From: a virus
Lineage: Duplodnaviria > Caudoviricetes
Direction: 5' to 3' (one strand)
Length of the DNA stretch: 57,794 nt
Virus record (IMG/VR): IMGVR_UViG_3300036846_000250
Location: 1-57,794 of that record
The notes under the pieces are model-generated. The model was not told where the DNA came from, did no database searches, and was given only the letters and a program-made list of their open reading frames with translations. The position numbers and the translations under genes were made by a program. Of this stretch, positions 55,413-57,794 are shown piece after piece (position 1 is the stretch's first letter; each line of letters starts with the position of its first letter).

Positions 55413-55499
55413 GCGTGCGTCCGCCTACGCTGTCCCGACTGTGGGCGATGGCATCGCACAGGCGGTCGTTCGATCAGCGGACGCACGAAATAAAAACGC

Positions 55500-55727
55500 T
55501 TATTCTTTTTGCTCGGTGACGGTGACGACGTAGGCGCGTCCGAGCGACAGATCGCGCGCCACATTTTCGGTGATTACATCGCCGACGTGATACTCGTCAC
55601 GGCGCGACATGGTCGACACAGCGACTGCGCCGACCAGCTTCGCAATGCGAAACGTCCGAGTCTTTTTGTCGGACGCGCCGTCGGTGCGACTCTGCTGTGC
55701 GAGGATGATTTGGACGGTGTTTTTCAT
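55500..55727 (-). CDS. Hypothetical protein
   Basis: GGAG RBS. Confidence 0.6.
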   Translation of the reverse strand: MKNTVQIILAQQSRTDGASDKKTRTFRIAKLVGAVAVSTMSRRDEYHVGDVITENVARDLSLGRAYVVTVTEQKE

Positions 55728-55826
55728 GTATGTATTTTTCTCCGGTTGCTTGCCTGCTTCATTGCAAACAAGAACGATGCGGCGAACGGTTTTGCTAGGC
55801 GCGTTCGCCGCACGAGTTCTTCCCTG

Positions 55827-56543
55827 CTATTTCGCCTGCGGCTTGTCGCCGCCGATCCAGCCTTTGACCAGATCCATCACACGCCGACGCTGCGGCGGTG
55901 CGAAGCGGTTAATCCATTGCGTCCACTTTTTGTAGACTTGATCCTCCCACGGCACTTCGGTCTTGCGTGGCTTTTTCTTGGTGGGAGTTTTCGATGCGGC
56001 TTTGCCGAGCTTCGACTTGCCGCTGATCACATCCTCCAGTCCGCCGGACTTGCGAACTTTCTCGGCCTGCTCGCCTTTGCGCTGGCTGACGCCAGCGGTC
56101 TTGGCGACTTGAGCAGCGACGCTGCCCTTGCCGTCCAGTTTCGCTTTGCCTTTGAACGTGCCAGCTTTCGACTGGCGCTCTTTCGCATCTTTTTCCAGAG
56201 CGGGGCCACGCATCTTGGATACGATTGCGACGCGCTGGTCGTCGCTCATGTGCCGTCGGAACAGATTGCGCGACATGATTTCATTCGCAATTTGTTCTTC
56301 GGTGCCGTCGAAAATTTCGAACTTGTCGTCCGGAACTTCGACGTCTGCCTCGTATGCTAATTTCCAGCGCGTTGCGCCGTCGAGGATTGTGCTACGATCT
56401 TTGGTGACAAGGATCGGAACTTTGATGCCATTCTGCTTGATATCCTCTCGCATTTCATCGAGTTCGCTCTTAGGCATCGGAGCGATCTGGCCGAACATTC
56501 GGCACAGCGGATGTATCTGCATCACTTTTTGGGATTTAGCCAT
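55827..56543 (-). CDS. ParB-like protein with HTH
   Basis: HP, DIKQNG..VPI, ILDGATR..LA, SRNL.RRHMS, HTH VAAQVAKTAGVSQR; AGGAGG RBS. Confidence 0.8.
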   Translation of the reverse strand: MAKSQKVMQIHPLCRMFGQIAPMPKSELDEMREDIKQNGIKVPILVTKDRSTILDGATRWKLAYEADVEVPDDKFEIFDGTEEQIANEIMSRNLFRRHMSDDQRVAIVSKMRGPALEKDAKERQSKAGTFKGKAKLDGKGSVAAQVAKTAGVSQRKGEQAEKVRKSGGLEDVISGKSKLGKAASKTPTKKKPRKTEVPWEDQVYKKWTQWINRFAPPQRRRVMDLVKGWIGGDKPQAK

Positions 56544-56581
56544 TTTGTGATTTACCTCCTATGGTTTGTCGTTTGTATGTG

Positions 56582-56679
56582 GGTTCTCTGCTCATCAGTG
56601 CAGGCGCGAACCGTTTGACGCCTACAGATTGCGCGAAGCTTATCTGCATTTGGTGATAAGCTTCAAGCGCAATTTCGCA
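56582..56679 (-). ncRNA. Type II hammerhead ribozyme (HHR-2) whose stem III contains the 28-bp palindrome
   Basis: Minus strand: UGC-GAA-A-UUGCGC..[repeat]..GCGCAA-U-C^-UGUAGGCG/CGCCUGCA-CUGAUGA-GCA; loop I GGUUC pairs with tail GAACC; predicted cleavage between 56627 and 56626. Confidence 0.9.
56636..56663 (+). repeat. 28-bp palindromic element, copy 16 (within HHR-2)
   Basis: AAGCTTATCTGCATTTGGTGATAAGCTT. Confidence 0.95.
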
Positions 56680-56693
56680 AATCAAATTTTTGG

Positions 56694-56987
56694 CTACTGC
56701 TGCATGGCGGCGATGGTTTCCGGCGACGGCTTTTTTATTCGCCGCCACACGGATTGTGCGACGGTCTCATTCCGTTTCTCGGCGAAGTGGAACATCGTTT
56801 GCAGACGCGCCTTGCTGGCCATGATCTTCGTCTGCGCTTTGTCGAGTTCCAAGCGTTCGCGTTGAATGAACTCGATCGAGTTGCGGTCTTGTTTGGTGCG
56901 GAACGTGGACTCGACCGACATTAGTTTGATCATCGCCGCTTCGAGCGAACGCTCGGCTTTGATGATTGCTTCGAGTGCTGATTTCAT
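56694..56987 (-). CDS. Coiled-coil hypothetical protein
   Basis: AAGGAGG RBS, MKSALEAII... Confidence 0.65.
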   Translation of the reverse strand: MKSALEAIIKAERSLEAAMIKLMSVESTFRTKQDRNSIEFIQRERLELDKAQTKIMASKARLQTMFHFAEKRNETVAQSVWRRIKKPSPETIAAMQQ

Positions 56988-57210
56988 TACTGCTTCCTCC
57001 TTGGTGGTTGTGTGTGTGTTTTTCTGACGACGCATGGATGCGAACGAGCCGCACCGATGACGGTATATTTTTTGCCTGTCTCGCGCTCACGAATCATCAA
57101 AGCGATTCGTTGCTTGAAGTCGGCAACCGACTCTGGCTGTGTGTATGTGTTTTTCATGGATTACTCCGCACGCCCGACAGCCACAGGCGCTGTCGGGCGG
57201 TTCGGAACGA

Positions 57211-57528
57211 TCACAGACTGATTGTCGGGCAGTCGACGACCAGACCGCCGCAGTATTCACATTGCGACGTGACCAATCGTTCGCCTGCTCGACCGGATGG
57301 ACGCGCGGCAATATCGCGGAAGCGATGCCGACGCGTTTGCCACTTGAATTTCGGCTCTGGCGCGTTCGGACAGATCGCCGTGCTATTCCATCCGCCGACG
57401 GCAATGATGGTTTTTTGCTGCTTTTGCAATTTGCGAAGCGTGGCTGCAAGATGGTGTCTGCCGACTCGATCCATCGCTGTCGCTGCTTCGGCCAACGTGT
57501 ATAACGGATGTTTCGTTTTCTTTTTCAT
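57211..57528 (-). CDS. Hypothetical protein with Zn-ribbon C-terminus
   Basis: MKKKTKHP...CEYCGG; GGAGG RBS; ATGA coupling. Confidence 0.55.
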   Translation of the reverse strand: MKKKTKHPLYTLAEAATAMDRVGRHHLAATLRKLQKQQKTIIAVGGWNSTAICPNAPEPKFKWQTRRHRFRDIAARPSGRAGERLVTSQCEYCGGLVVDCPTISL

Positions 57529-57794
57529 CGATAGGTTTGCCTGTAGCCTCCGTGTGTGGTGGTTAGGCCGACCAGCTTCGGCTGTTCGCCATTCGGCCAT
57601 ACTGGTGCGCCGCGCTTGAAGTCTGTCGGCTCGACAAACGACATGCTGGAATACACCAGCAATTGCGACGGCTTGGACGCGGCAGGGACTTCGGTCTGCG
57701 CAAGGCGAATTGCCATTGCAGGGACTTTGTCGACGCCGAAACCGTGTTCGCACACGGCGATGTAATAAGGTTTCTCGGTGTAATAAGTGACGAG
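57525..57794 (-). CDS. C-terminal part of the junction-spanning hypothetical protein (start at 220)
   Basis: Continuous frame across the 127-bp overlap. Confidence 0.7.
   Translation of the reverse strand, partial: LVTYYTEKPYYIAVCEHGFGVDKVPAMAIRLAQTEVPAASKPSQLLVYSSMSFVEPTDFKRGAPVWPNGEQPKLVGLTTTHGGYRQTYR
57668..57794. repeat. Terminal direct repeat (identical to 1-127)
   Basis: Direct sequence identity. Confidence 0.9.

Noticed and set aside
2373-56663. 28-bp palindrome as a CRISPR repeat
   Set aside because: Repeat-like length and hairpin, but copies are kilobases apart with whole genes between them; no 30-40 bp spacers and no cas operon.
57024-57050. Hammerhead-like CUGACGA-CGCAU/AUGCG on the + strand
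   Set aside because: No GAAA in register, no closing stems, and it is antisense to the early operon.

Overview
The window appears to be a complete, circularly assembled genome (~57.67 kb unique) of a contractile-tailed dsDNA phage. Bases 1-127 are repeated at 57668-57794, and a minus-strand ORF reads through the junction. The + strand (~2.4-39.5 kb) carries a lambda-like packaging/head module (TerS, GpA-type TerL, portal, ClpP-type protease, decoration protein, GpE-like capsid) and a P2/Mu-like tail/baseplate module. It also carries a 7-deazaguanine DNA-modification cluster: DpdA/TGT-like, QueD, QueE, a PRTase-FolE fusion and a DpdL-like T-fold protein, with no QueC. The - strand (~39.8 kb across the junction to 2.2 kb) carries early genes: ArdC, ParB-HTH, SF2 helicase, ERF, a PD-(D/E)xK exonuclease, DUF932 and many small ORFs. 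I recognised no integrase, DNA polymerase, primase, endolysin, tRNA or CRISPR array. The most unusual signals are non-coding: (1) two complete type II hammerhead ribozymes with loop-I/3'-tail pseudoknots on the early strand; (2) a 28-bp palindrome AAGCTTATC-N10-GATAAGCTT in 16 copies, one of which forms the distal part of stem III of a hammerhead, with the asymmetric core co-oriented; (3) a heptamer GTTAGGC seen 32 times on + versus once on - by manual count; (4) six co-oriented ~100-bp bipartite elements with gyrase-site-like architecture; (5) a 19-bp-period iteron-like array. All protein calls come from motif recognition by eye, not from database searches.
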